From Planctomycetota bacterium (GTDB taxonomy: Bacteria; Planctomycetota; UBA8108; SXIK01), in assembly GCA_965223845.1 (NCBI GenBank), contig CBDCXR010000004.1:4384001-4448000 (forward strand): DNA of 64,000 nt. Reading direction: 5' to 3'. Shown here piece by piece: positions 30,507 through 41,300 of this stretch (position 1 is its first letter; every line of letters starts with the position of its first letter). Below the pieces are notes generated by a model that worked only from the letters and a program-made list of their open reading frames with translations, was not told the origin of the DNA and ran no database searches. A program made the position numbers and the translations under genes.

Positions 30507-31517
30507 ATGCTGACGATCGATGGCTCGTACGGCGAAGGCGGGGGGCAGATTCTCCGCTCCTCGCTCGCGCTCTCCATGCTGACTCGGACGCCGATCCGGA
30601 TCGAGAACATCCGGGCCAATCGCCGGAAGCCCGGGCTCAAGCGACAGCACCTCGCGGCCGTGCGAGCGGCGGCGGCCGTCTCGGCGGCGGAAGTCGTCGG
30701 CGACGAGATCGAGTCGCGCGAGCTCACGTTTTCGCCGGCTGAGATTCGCGGCGGAGACTACACGTTCCGCATCGGGACCGCCGGCAGCACGACGCTCGTT
30801 CTCCAGACCGTTCTCCCGGCACTCGTCCTCGCCGATCGGCCGAGCCGCATCGTTCTCGAAGGCGGGACGCACAATCCGATGGCGCCGCCGTTCGACTTTC
30901 TCGCGAAGGCGTTCCTTCCTCTACTTCGCCGGATGGGACCGAGAGTCGACGTCGAGCTCGAACGCCCCGGCTTCTTTCCGGCGGGGGGCGGACGGTTCAC
31001 CGCGCGTATCGAGCCCGTCGACAAGCTCGAAGCGATCGACCTCCACACTCGCGGCAAAACGATCCGCCGGGCGGCTCGGGCCGTCGTCGCGAACCTCCCG
31101 CGGCAGATCGCCGAGCGCGAGCTTCGCGCCATTCAGAAGAAGCTGAGCTGGCGTTCGCAAGAACTCCACGTCGAAGAGACGACGGCGGATTCTCCCGGAA
31201 ACATCGTCCTCCTCGAAGTCGAAAGCGAAGAGGTGTGCGAAGTATTCACGAGTATCGGCGAGGTGCGCCGGTCCGCGGAGAGCGTCGCGAACGCCGCCGC
31301 TCGGGACTGCCGGCGGTATCTCGAGCGCGAAGAACCCGTCGGCGAATACCTCACCGATCAGCTCATTCTTCCCCTCGCGCTCGCTCGCACCGGCTCGTTC
31401 CTCTCGACGGGGCTCTCGTCCCATGCGACGACGCACATCGATCTCGTGCGGCGGTTTCTCGATGTTCGCGTGGAGACGGAGCGACGCGGCGACGGCGTTC
31501 TCGTCGAAATGTCCTGA
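30507..31517 (+). CDS. rtcA: RNA 3'-terminal phosphate cyclase
   Basis: IDGSYGEGGGQILRSSL, IRANRRKPGLKRQHL, GTAGSTTLVLQT, GGTHNPMAPP and VGEYLTDQL. Confidence 0.95.
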   Translation: MLTIDGSYGEGGGQILRSSLALSMLTRTPIRIENIRANRRKPGLKRQHLAAVRAAAAVSAAEVVGDEIESRELTFSPAEIRGGDYTFRIGTAGSTTLVLQTVLPALVLADRPSRIVLEGGTHNPMAPPFDFLAKAFLPLLRRMGPRVDVELERPGFFPAGGGRFTARIEPVDKLEAIDLHTRGKTIRRAARAVVANLPRQIAERELRAIQKKLSWRSQELHVEETTADSPGNIVLLEVESEEVCEVFTSIGEVRRSAESVANAAARDCRRYLEREEPVGEYLTDQLILPLALARTGSFLSTGLSSHATTHIDLVRRFLDVRVETERRGDGVLVEMS

Positions 31518-31554
31518 CGAGCACGCCGTCGTCACCTCGACGCCCGGGAGACAA

Positions 31555-34398
31555 TCAGTTCGCAGTGCCCGTGTCGGCGTTCGTATCCGCACCGCGCTGG
31601 AGTGAGACGCGCGCGCGAACGCCTTGCTCTTCGAACGTGATGCCGAAATCGCCCGAGCGATACGCGCGAAGCGGCCAGGGCACGTCACCGGCACTCTTCG
31701 GTTCACCCGGATGTCCGTACGCGGTCGACTCCATCGTTCCGTACTTCGCGTTCCACTGATACCGCCCACCGCCGGGGCAGACCAGTCGAACGCCCCAGAG
31801 TCGTTCGTGGAGAGCGACAGGATCTTCGTTCGGATAGAGCCGCTTCCACTCGTTCAAAATCGGCAGACTGGACCACGAGCGCATGCGGAGAACGTTTTGA
31901 TACTCGTTTCGCGACAAGGCCTCGACCATGCGTGCGGCTCCCTGCGAAGCGCGGAGCGCGAGGCTCTCGCCGAGCCACGGCTCGGCGGGAGTCGTCGGTT
32001 CACGGTCACTCGCCTTCGGTGCGTCTCTTCCGTCCGGGCTCGATTCGGGCTTCGCGTCTCGACGGATCGCGCGATGAAGTAGGCTTTCATTCAGCGTCAA
32101 GGTGATCGCTCGCGGCGAAACCGCGTAGAAGATCGCGAAGTCCTCTCCGAGGAATCCCGGCTCCTCGGTGGGACTCACCTTGACGTATTTCACGCCATCG
32201 AGCTCGAGATTCTCCCACCGAGTCATCCCCGGGGCCGACTGCTCCACGAACGCGCGCAGCGATGACAAGAACACGGCCGCGGTGAGGGAGTTCGAAACCT
32301 CCACGCGGAGCGCGAGAGGGAGTCGGGCGAGATTTCCTTCGAGGAAGCGCTCCGGATTCTCGGCTGCGGATACCTCCGCCCAAAACGGGTCGACGTCGGC
32401 GTAGAACGCGACTGACTTTCCGAGCCAGCCGAGAGGATTCGCGCGGTCGAGTCCGGGTGCCATGTTCGCGGCGAAACTTCCAAATTGTCGCACGGGCGCG
32501 GAGTTCCGGTCGACCGCCAGAACCGCGTGGAACAGAGTCCCCGGGTGCGGGTCGCCGGCGTCAGGGGCGAATCGCATCCCGCGCGCGATCTCGACGAGCT
32601 GACGGTAGTCGCTTCCCGCGATCAGCGGGAGGACGGTGAGGTCCGCCGCCAAGCGATCCCGCTGCATGGTGAGTCGAATCGCGATCGGGTCGAAGTACCG
32701 CCGCCAATTGCGCTGGTACCCATCGCGCCACCGTCCGTAAGCGTCGGCCTCGGCGCGCGTCACCTCGTGAAACTCGAGCTCCGCGATCGGCGTCAGAAAC
32801 TCGACGCTTCCGTACTCTTCCGATCGAACGCCGCTGGGCGTCAACTCGTACGCCGTCGCCCCGGGAACGTGATACGACGCGAGGATCGGCCCGGTCTCGA
32901 CGCTGCGCCGCGCAATCGGATTGATTTGGCTAGCCTGGAGCTCGCCGAGCATCGCCGCCGCACGCGTTCGGCGCGAGTCGGCGATTCGCCAACGAGGGCC
33001 GCACCAGCGACGGATCGTCGCGTCGCTCAGCATGAGAAACGCCGATTCGTCAGCAGCGCCGAGCTGGTAGCGATCGCGGAAATACTTGTACTCGTCGAGC
33101 CTCGCGAGCGCCGGCGTCTTATCGTTCGTCGCGGCGACGATGCGTCCCATTTGGAAAAGCGAGTTTGTGACGACGACGACGTCTCCGATCGAAAACACGT
33201 ACGATGAGAGCCTGCGATCGTCGGTCACCACCGCGCGGTAGTGGACGCCGGCGACGTCGCCGGTCAGCGCTTTCGCGCCGGGGGTCGACTGCACGGCCGC
33301 GGCGTGCTTGGCACCGAGAAACGTCTGCATCAGCTCGATCTGCTTCGCCTCGAAGAGAATCGCCACATCCGTTCCGAGGCGAAGATAGGGATCCGATCCC
33401 GTCATCGCGACGCTCGCGACAACGTGCGGGCCGAAGGTTCGCGCCAGCGCGCTCACCGAGAGACAGAGCTGAGTCTCGTAGCGTTCTTTCGTGTTCGCGT
33501 CCTCCGCGCGGGGTTCGAGGAGGCCGATGATCGGCGTACCGGACGTCTTCGCTTCGTCGAGAACGGAGACCATCGCACGGAAGTCGGGGAAGAAGAGAGC
33601 GTGCTGATCGGCCGGAATGTTCGACGCGAGCGCGTCGAGCTTCGGCTCTAGTCCCTCGACGAGCGGCTTCCAATCGATCTCAGCGACCGTTATGCCGGGA
33701 ATCGAGTCGAGCGGTACGAGCTCCGCGTTCGCATCGTGCGGCGGGAGCGCGCGGTCGAGCTGAAGGTTCTCGCTCACCGCCCGGCCGCCCGTGAACAGAA
33801 GGAAGGTATCTTCGAGCCGACTCGGTCGCTCGAGGCGTCCGGGCCGCGTGCGCTCGCTCGGATGCGCCGTCTTGACTCCGCGAGCCTCGCGCACCTTACG
33901 CGACTGGTGACGGAACCAAGCCGCGCCGGGCACGTCACGAGAAAGCTGATCGCGATAGGCGTCTTCTTTCGCGCGAAGAAACTCCACGCGGGCCGCGGGT
34001 GACGCGCGATCGGCGGGCAGCCGAAAGCGAAGAACGTCCATCCCGTCGAGCTCCGGTCGCGGAATGTAGACAGATCCGGTCACGTCGCCACCGCCCGGCG
34101 AGCGCACGGAGAGACTCGCATCGCCGTAAGCGTTTCCCTGCGTCCACCGCGTCCAGTCGATCTCGACGTACGCTTCTCCCTCGCCGTCCACTCGCGCGTA
34201 GGGACGCATCGCGGGCCGAATTCGCCAGCGCCGCCAACTGTTTCCGGACGTCCCCGCCGGAAGCTCACCCTCTGTCCACTGAACGTCTGTGAGCCGGATC
34301 GAGAAGTACGCATCGGCCGCGGCGAGTTCGTTCGTCGCCATCGACGCACCCACCAAAGTGAGCAGAGCCGCCAGTCGCATCGTTCGCCCTCGGATCAT
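31555..34398 (-). CDS. Large secreted hypothetical protein (~950 aa)
   Basis: Long ORF with RBS GGAGG and a signal peptide. Contains GSDPYLRLGTDV, LSDATIRRWCGP, WRRYFDPIA and C-terminal CPGGGRY...YGHP. No family recognised. Confidence 0.75.
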   Translation of the reverse strand: MIRGRTMRLAALLTLVGASMATNELAAADAYFSIRLTDVQWTEGELPAGTSGNSWRRWRIRPAMRPYARVDGEGEAYVEIDWTRWTQGNAYGDASLSVRSPGGGDVTGSVYIPRPELDGMDVLRFRLPADRASPAARVEFLRAKEDAYRDQLSRDVPGAAWFRHQSRKVREARGVKTAHPSERTRPGRLERPSRLEDTFLLFTGGRAVSENLQLDRALPPHDANAELVPLDSIPGITVAEIDWKPLVEGLEPKLDALASNIPADQHALFFPDFRAMVSVLDEAKTSGTPIIGLLEPRAEDANTKERYETQLCLSVSALARTFGPHVVASVAMTGSDPYLRLGTDVAILFEAKQIELMQTFLGAKHAAAVQSTPGAKALTGDVAGVHYRAVVTDDRRLSSYVFSIGDVVVVTNSLFQMGRIVAATNDKTPALARLDEYKYFRDRYQLGAADESAFLMLSDATIRRWCGPRWRIADSRRTRAAAMLGELQASQINPIARRSVETGPILASYHVPGATAYELTPSGVRSEEYGSVEFLTPIAELEFHEVTRAEADAYGRWRDGYQRNWRRYFDPIAIRLTMQRDRLAADLTVLPLIAGSDYRQLVEIARGMRFAPDAGDPHPGTLFHAVLAVDRNSAPVRQFGSFAANMAPGLDRANPLGWLGKSVAFYADVDPFWAEVSAAENPERFLEGNLARLPLALRVEVSNSLTAAVFLSSLRAFVEQSAPGMTRWENLELDGVKYVKVSPTEEPGFLGEDFAIFYAVSPRAITLTLNESLLHRAIRRDAKPESSPDGRDAPKASDREPTTPAEPWLGESLALRASQGAARMVEALSRNEYQNVLRMRSWSSLPILNEWKRLYPNEDPVALHERLWGVRLVCPGGGRYQWNAKYGTMESTAYGHPGEPKSAGDVPWPLRAYRSGDFGITFEEQGVRARVSLQRGADTNADTGTAN

Positions 34399-34653
34399 GA
34401 TTGCTGCCTCCAGATAAAGTCGTCGGAACACGCTTAAAGCAACACACGTGCCGCGAACTCGAACCGAATCGAACGCGTTGCACCGCCAAGACTTGCGGTA
34501 TTTCAAACGAACGAGAGCGAGACGTTCCTCGATCCCACGGGACATTTTGCGCACGTTCGCGAGCACGGGATGCCCACCCGGTTCGCGTCCGGGAATCCGT
34601 CGTCCGCTGACCTTCTCGCCGCGATAGCTCGTGCTTCTCGAATCCCTCTTCGC

Positions 34654-35742
34654 TCAAACGGATTCGGCGCGACCCGACCGCCCGAGTATCCGATCCAGCG
34701 CATCGCCCGCCTGATGTACGAGAGCTTCGGGATAGTGCGTGAAGGGATGAAAGTACTCGAACGTGAGGTAGCCGTCGTATCCGACCGCATCGAGCGTCTC
34801 CATCACCGCCGGCCAGTTCGTCGTCCCGTCGAGGAGGGGCCGAAAGCTCTCGAGGCTGAAGTCCGTGCCCTTCTTCGTATACTCCTTGAAATGGATGTTT
34901 CGGATGCGCTCGCCGAGAAGCGGAATCCAGTGTTCCGGAAACTGAAACGGCATGATGTTCCCCGTATCGAAGTGGACGTGCACGTTCGGACTCTCGAAGC
35001 TGTCGACGAACTCGATCATGTCCGGCGGACTCATGAGGAACGCGTTGAAGAAAATGTTCTCGACGTTGAGATGGACGCCGAGCTTCTCCGCCGTCGGAAT
35101 GAGCTGGCGCATCCCCGCGCGCGCGCGTTCGTCGCAGATCTTGTACGGGACTTCCTCGGAGTCCTTGAGCCAGGGGATGTACACCGCTCCGGGCACGACG
35201 AGGAGATTGTCCGTGCCGAGGTGATGCGCGGCGTGCGCCATCTTCGTCGCGAGCTCGACGGCGCGCTCGCGCGTCGCGGCGCTGTTTGCCGTAAGCGGGT
35301 AAGGCCAGAAGAGGAACGAGCAGACACCGCTGATCGCGATGCCGATGCGCTCGGCTTCCTTCCGGATCGCGACGAAATCTTTTTCGGTCGCCGATGGTGA
35401 AAGATCGCCTTCGAGATTGTAGTTCACCTCCACCGCATCGAATCCGGCTCGCTTCGCGAGCTCGAAGCACTCGACGAGCGTCATGCGATCGGGATAAGGA
35501 AAAGCCCAGAGGTTGATGGACGACTTCATGCTGTAGCGCTTCGCCGAGCGGCGGAGCGACTCGTCGTTCGCTCCTTCGGGCGTCGAGTCCGCCGCCGCCG
35601 AGCGCGCCGCGAGAAACTCGGTCCCCGCGCAGCCCGCCGCGGACATTCCTGCGGCCGAGGCGCCGAGGAGCCCGGCGTACTTCATGAGGTCGCGGCGGGT
35701 GAAGACGGAATCGCCGAGAAGTCGTTTGGTGCCAGCTTTCAC
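34654..35742 (-). CDS. Tat-exported sugar phosphate isomerase/epimerase (TIM barrel, xylose isomerase-like)
   Basis: Twin-arginine signal TRRDLMK. Motifs AGFDAVE, LNVENIF, HFDTGN, IHFKE, GTTNW and GYLTFE. Confidence 0.88.
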   Translation of the reverse strand: MKAGTKRLLGDSVFTRRDLMKYAGLLGASAAGMSAAGCAGTEFLAARSAAADSTPEGANDESLRRSAKRYSMKSSINLWAFPYPDRMTLVECFELAKRAGFDAVEVNYNLEGDLSPSATEKDFVAIRKEAERIGIAISGVCSFLFWPYPLTANSAATRERAVELATKMAHAAHHLGTDNLLVVPGAVYIPWLKDSEEVPYKICDERARAGMRQLIPTAEKLGVHLNVENIFFNAFLMSPPDMIEFVDSFESPNVHVHFDTGNIMPFQFPEHWIPLLGERIRNIHFKEYTKKGTDFSLESFRPLLDGTTNWPAVMETLDAVGYDGYLTFEYFHPFTHYPEALVHQAGDALDRILGRSGRAESV

Positions 35743-35973
35743 GTGAGTCTCCCATCGGACGAGTCGTTGAAGCGAGCACGGTGCCGAAGTCGGACCGCGA
35801 GCCAAAGAGTCCACACCGTAGGCCAGTCTCGAAGCACTCGCAACGGTCCTCCTCGCCCTTCCCTACCGCGTAGAGCGCGGCGGAAAGCGGAAACAAATTT
35901 GTTTCCCGCCGTCCGTGCGTCGACGACGATGCGCGTTCGCCGAATCCGAATCGCTCGAAACGGAAGGGACGCC

Positions 35974-37062
35974 ATGCGCCTCACCGAACAAACTCTCCGA
36001 ATCGCCCTCGCCGCAGTCGTTTCGGCACCCACCGCGGCCCTCACCGCCGCCGAGCTCCAGCTCGAGACGCCCCAGAACCACGGCGGATTCTTCTCCTTCG
36101 CATTCTTTCCGAACGGGAAACTCGTCGTCGGGGGAACGGGGAAAGTCACGGCGAGCGCGGGCGGCCGGTCGATCGCGCGCGGGGGCGACGTCGTCGTCTG
36201 GAACGCGAAGACCGGTCGCATCGAAAAGTCTCTGAACGTCGGCGAAACGATCGATTGGGTCCAAATCTCAGGCGACGGGAAGACGATCGCCGCCGCGACG
36301 AACGAGACCCCGCGCGTTCTCTTCTGGCCCGCCGCGAAACGAGTGCGCGGCCCGAAAACGATTCGGCTCCGCGGCCCGTTCTCACTCGATACGCCACCCG
36401 TCTTTTCGCGAGACGGAAAGCTCCTCGTCAGCGTCGCCGAACGCGAACGGAAGCTCGGCGATCAGACGATCCGGACGAGCGGTGAGTTGACGGTGTGGAA
36501 CGTCGCTAAGCGGAGGATCGTGTGGCGCGTGAAGGAATCTCACGTGAAGGCGCTCGCACTCTCCCCCGACGGGAAAACCCTGGCCGGGTACGTGAAGGAG
36601 GTTCACTGGAAGGTGGATCGGAAGCTCGGCGGGCTCTCCGGTGAAACGGGAAAGACCGCAATCACTCTCTGGGACACGAAGAAGGGAAAACCCCGCGGGG
36701 AAATCGGGGATGTGCGCCGCGTGACTCGACTGGCGTTCTTCCCCGATGGCGGTTCGCTCGCGGGAGTCGACGGACGCCGTCTCGTTGTTTGGGACGTCGA
36801 ATCTCTCGAAGAGAAGAACGAGACGAAGATCGAAAGCGATCAGATCCCGGTGTCCCTCGCGTTCTCGAGCGACGGCGGCCGACTCGCGATCCCGCGATTC
36901 ATGGGGAAAACAATCGACGTTTGGGACATGGAAAAAAACGCGGCGGCGCTCCAGCTCACAGAGGAGTTTCCTACGACGTTCGCGAAAGCCGCCTTCTCCG
37001 CGAAAGTCGATCGGATGGCGTGTGTTCGCGGCCACGATCCGGTCGTGATCGATCTCGAGTGA
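35974..37062 (+). CDS. Secreted WD40-repeat protein
   Basis: Repeated (L/F)(A/S)xSxDGKxLA...WD/WN units and a signal peptide. Confidence 0.8.
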   Translation: MRLTEQTLRIALAAVVSAPTAALTAAELQLETPQNHGGFFSFAFFPNGKLVVGGTGKVTASAGGRSIARGGDVVVWNAKTGRIEKSLNVGETIDWVQISGDGKTIAAATNETPRVLFWPAAKRVRGPKTIRLRGPFSLDTPPVFSRDGKLLVSVAERERKLGDQTIRTSGELTVWNVAKRRIVWRVKESHVKALALSPDGKTLAGYVKEVHWKVDRKLGGLSGETGKTAITLWDTKKGKPRGEIGDVRRVTRLAFFPDGGSLAGVDGRRLVVWDVESLEEKNETKIESDQIPVSLAFSSDGGRLAIPRFMGKTIDVWDMEKNAAALQLTEEFPTTFAKAAFSAKVDRMACVRGHDPVVIDLE

Positions 37063-37069
37063 GGGCGCC

Positions 37070-38314
37070 ATGAAAGAGACAAGGATCCGTCCGAAACTCG
37101 AGTCCGGCGATCGCCGCGGGCGCCGCGGCACGCGCCGATATCGGACGCTCGCGCTCCGGCTCGCGCTCGTCGCCCTTCTCTCGTCGCTGACCGGACCCGC
37201 CGGGAGAGCGGAAGACAGCTCACGGTCACCCGTACTTCTCGGCGCCTACTACTACCCGTGGTACAGCGGCGAGCCCGACGAGAAGAAACGCGGCTGGATG
37301 AAGCAGGCTCTTCGCGGGCGACTCGAGCCGCGACAGCTCCCGCGGCTCGGCGTGTACGACAGCCGCGATCCGAAGGTGATCGAGGATCACATCGCGCAGA
37401 GCCGGCGCGCCGAAATCGATTTTTGGACGGTGAGCTGGTGGGGACCGGGCCGGAGAGAGGATCGGGCACTCCGCGAGAGCATTCTCCCGCACCGCGACGC
37501 GGCGAAGCTCAAGTACGCCGTCCTCTACGAGTCGACCGGACGGTTCGGATCGTTCGACGACCCGGACTTCTCCCATCTCGTTCCCGACTTCGAGTATCTC
37601 GCGAAGACGTACTTCGAGCACCCCCAGTACTTGAAAATCGACGACCGGCCGGTGGTCTTCATCTACCTCACGCGCGCGTACTTTCGCGGCCGCGGCCTCG
37701 AGTCGCTCGCCGAGCTCCGGCGGCGCTTTCCGAAGCTCTACCTCGTCGGCGACGAAGTGTTCGGCCCGCGCTGCCGCGAGCGCGACGTCAAGCAGTGGGA
37801 CGCCGTGACGGCGTACGACGTCTACGGTCAGTCGCTCCAGCGCCTCGGAGCGACGCAGTCCGCTCTCGACCACCTGAAAGCGAACTACGAGCGCGCGAAA
37901 CGGATCGCGAACGGCGCCGGGAAGGCATTCGTTCCCGCGATCGGTCCAGGATTCAACGATCGCGCGGTGCGAGAGGGGCACGTCGGCCGCGCCCGAGCGT
38001 TCACCGATCGGCCGGACTCGAAGGAGGGGGACGTGTTCCGCGAGATGATTCGCCAGATCGCGACGCCGCTCGCCGACGAGCGCGCCCAACGGATGGTGAT
38101 GGTGACGTCGTTCAACGAGTGGTACGAGGACACGCAGATCGAAGCGACGAGCGGCCGCGGAGGGATCACGCGCCGCGACGATTCCGAGTCGGGGCGCTTC
38201 TACACCGAAGGCGAAGCCTACGCTGACTACGGAACGCTCTACCTCGACATCCTCCGCGAGGAGCTCGGGAATCGATCAAAAGAGCCCGCGAAGGATTCGG
38301 CGTCCGCTCGCTGA
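37070..38314 (+). CDS. GH99/GH71-like glycoside hydrolase
   Basis: GAYYYPWY, LGVYDSRD, VSWWG, YLKIDDRPVVFIY, PGFNDR and TSFNEWYEDTQIE (GH99-type EWxE catalytic motif). Confidence 0.82.
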   Translation: MKETRIRPKLESGDRRGRRGTRRYRTLALRLALVALLSSLTGPAGRAEDSSRSPVLLGAYYYPWYSGEPDEKKRGWMKQALRGRLEPRQLPRLGVYDSRDPKVIEDHIAQSRRAEIDFWTVSWWGPGRREDRALRESILPHRDAAKLKYAVLYESTGRFGSFDDPDFSHLVPDFEYLAKTYFEHPQYLKIDDRPVVFIYLTRAYFRGRGLESLAELRRRFPKLYLVGDEVFGPRCRERDVKQWDAVTAYDVYGQSLQRLGATQSALDHLKANYERAKRIANGAGKAFVPAIGPGFNDRAVREGHVGRARAFTDRPDSKEGDVFREMIRQIATPLADERAQRMVMVTSFNEWYEDTQIEATSGRGGITRRDDSESGRFYTEGEAYADYGTLYLDILREELGNRSKEPAKDSASAR

Positions 38315-38315
38315 C

Positions 38316-41300
38316 TCAGCGCGCCAGGACGTCTCCGAGTCCGTCGATCCCGCTCTGGACGTGCGCGATCGTGCCGTCGGCCTCGATCACGAAGACGAGC
38401 GGCGTTCGACCTCGCCCGTAGAGGTTCATCGTCGCGTTGATCCCCGTCCGGTCGGTCGGCGGTTCGTACTCGTCGAATCCTATCGGCAGCGTCCCGAGCC
38501 CGTGCCTTTCGAGGGCGGGACGCACCGTGCTCTCGTGGCCGCTCGAGCTGAGGATCACGGCGGGGGCGGCTCCACCGTTCCGTGAGATTCGCTCGAGCTC
38601 GCGAAGCTGCGGGCCGAGCTCGTCCCACCGGGCATTCGCCCACGCGAATGCGAGGACCGTACGCCGACCGTCGTCTCGCTTCGGTCCCGGAACGTCGGGA
38701 GCCTGAAGCCACGGATCGACCCGCCATTCGGGCGCGGGCTGGCCGAGCATCGTCTCGGCTTTCTCCCAGCGGCGCTCGCTGGCGTCGGAGGAATCTCTTT
38801 CCGGGTGTAGCACAAACGTCAGCTTCGACGATCCCGGAGCGATTCCGTTCCAGCCCCGATAGACGTAGCCCGTCTTCCGAACGAGGAGGTCGACCGGCTC
38901 GTCGCTGAGAAGGTGTTCAATGCGAAACCGACCCTCGCCGTCCGTGAGCGTTTCGTTCATGCCCCGGGAGCTCTTGTTCTCCGAGCTCGCGACGATCGCC
39001 GCCGCGCCGAGCGGCTTTCCGTCCGGGTCGAGCACGCGACCCGCGATCGAGCTCGTCCCGCGCTTCAAGTAGAGGTCCTCGACGACGTACGCATCGTCCT
39101 TCGCGACGCGGAAACGCGCGCTCTGCGCGGTGCTGAACTCTCCTCCGCCGGCGGCAACGTGGTAATTCTTCTTCGCCACGGCGGCGAGCTCGTACTGGCC
39201 GTCCGCATCCGTTATCGCACGCGTGGTCGGGTTCCAGGCCCACGGCCGGATCCCGTCGGTTTCCCCGTCTTCCCATTCTCGCCACGCCATCACCGGGACG
39301 TCCTCGAGGGGAGCCCCGTCGGGCCCGAGGATCCTCCCCCGTGCCGTTCCGTAGGGCACGTCCGCGGGGGAAATTGCCGGCGAAGTCCTGCGCTCGAGCC
39401 GAAAGTCCACGCCTTCCCGGCGACGCTCGTCGGCCGCGATCTCGAGCGGAACGGAATCCCGCGGTCGATCGTATTCTTCGGGCCAAGACATCAAGTAGAG
39501 CCGGAGCGACCCTCCCGGCACTCGCAGCTCGTAACGCCCGTCGTCGCCGGTCGACGCTCTCCCGACAAGATGCTCACAGCGGTTCGCGACGCTGAGTACC
39601 GCAACGAGCACGTCGGGGATCGGTTCGCCCGTACTCGCGTCCGCAACGCTGCCGCTCACGAGCGCGCCGCTCTCGAGCTCGACGTTGAGCTCCGTCGTTT
39701 CTCCGGCACTCACCTGAACGAGGCCGTAGACCGGCATCGTCCACTCCTCCCGAGCGAACGCATTGGGCAGCGTCACGCTGTACGAGGTCGGGGGTAACCC
39801 GGTGATGCGATACGTTCCGTCGTCCGCGATCTCGGCGAAGAACTCTTCGCGGACGGAAACCGAATCCTGCGGTGTTGCCGCGAGACCGATCCCGCGCACA
39901 GGGTCGCCTGTTTCCTTATGTGTGAACCTCCCCGTAATGACGGCTTCCGCATCGAGTCGAAGCACGATATCGCGGAGTCGTCTCGGCTCTTCGCCCATGA
40001 ACTGAGCCTGCCCGAGTCCATCCCCCTCCGCCGCGAGATAGATCGTGGACATCGACGGCAGACCCCGAAAGACGAATCGCCCGTTGCCGTCCGGCTGGAC
40101 ATCAAACTGCTCCGAAAGGACGCTTCGCGTCTCGCCGTATCGCGAAAACGACGCGCCTTCGAACGACGGCTGGCGGGGATCGGTCTTTCGCGAAAGGCTG
40201 AGGAGACGGACGGTGACGTCGCGCGGATCAAAGCCCGCGGGGACTTCGACGGTTCCTTCGACGCGCGCGACCTCGACGAGCAGGATCTCGATGGAATCCA
40301 TTCGATTCTCGCCTTCGGAGCTCGCGTCTCCGACGCCCGCGAGTCGATCCTCGAATCGGGCGTACGCCGCAAGGAAGACGCTCCTCCCGGCGGGCGCGCG
40401 CGGGAGAACATCCTCCGCGTACGCCCGTCCGTGCTCGTCCGTCGTGAACGGTCCGAAGACCGCGGATCGCAGCTCGCTTCGGTCCGTCTCTCTCGAGACC
40501 TCGACGACGTGAACGGTCGCGTCAGGGACCGGTGACCCAGCCTCGTCGACGCAGCGAACAGCGAAGGATCGCTCGAGGTGGATCTCTTCGCTCGCGTCGG
40601 CACCGGCGGCGAGTTCGAGCTCGGTCTCGGTCGTCCGAAAGCCAGACTTGGAAGCTGAGAGCAGGTATCTTCCGGGCGCGATCTCGAGCGCGAAGGAACC
40701 GTTTTCGTCGGTAGCGACTTGCCGATCGCCGGCGGCGACGTTCACGCCGACAAGCGCTGTTCCCGTATCGGCATCGCGGGCAACCCCGACGATCGAAGCG
40801 GTCGCGACCGCGCTCGATACCGACTCGCGCGATCGTTCCGCCACCGGAGCGGAAGCGGGGGCGACCTCACTCGCGAGACGGGTGTCGACGGGCGGAGAAG
40901 GAGCGTCGCTCGTCCAGAGGTCTCCGAACCAAAGGAGAGCCGCGAGAACGAGAAGAGCCGCGGCGACGATCGATACCTTCGTCTTCAATTTCATCGCGAG
41001 CACTCCTGCTCCTCCGATCCTGGTGATGGCCCCGGCGACGACGCCCTCGGCCGTGCTCGCCGAGCCCGCAAGAGAGAGCTTTCCGAGCGTCGCATTGAGG
41101 CTCGACGGTGCCGCTTCGACGGCCTGAGTGCCGAGCCACGTCGCGAGCGCGGCGGTCCCGACGCGCACGCCGCGCCGACGGAGCCGGTCGCGGATACGGT
41201 CGACGCCGCGGTGAACTCGGTACCGAACCGTCGCTGGGCTCACGTCGAGAGTCGCGGCGATCTCGTCGTGCGATCTCCCCTCGAGAAAGCGGAGCACAAC

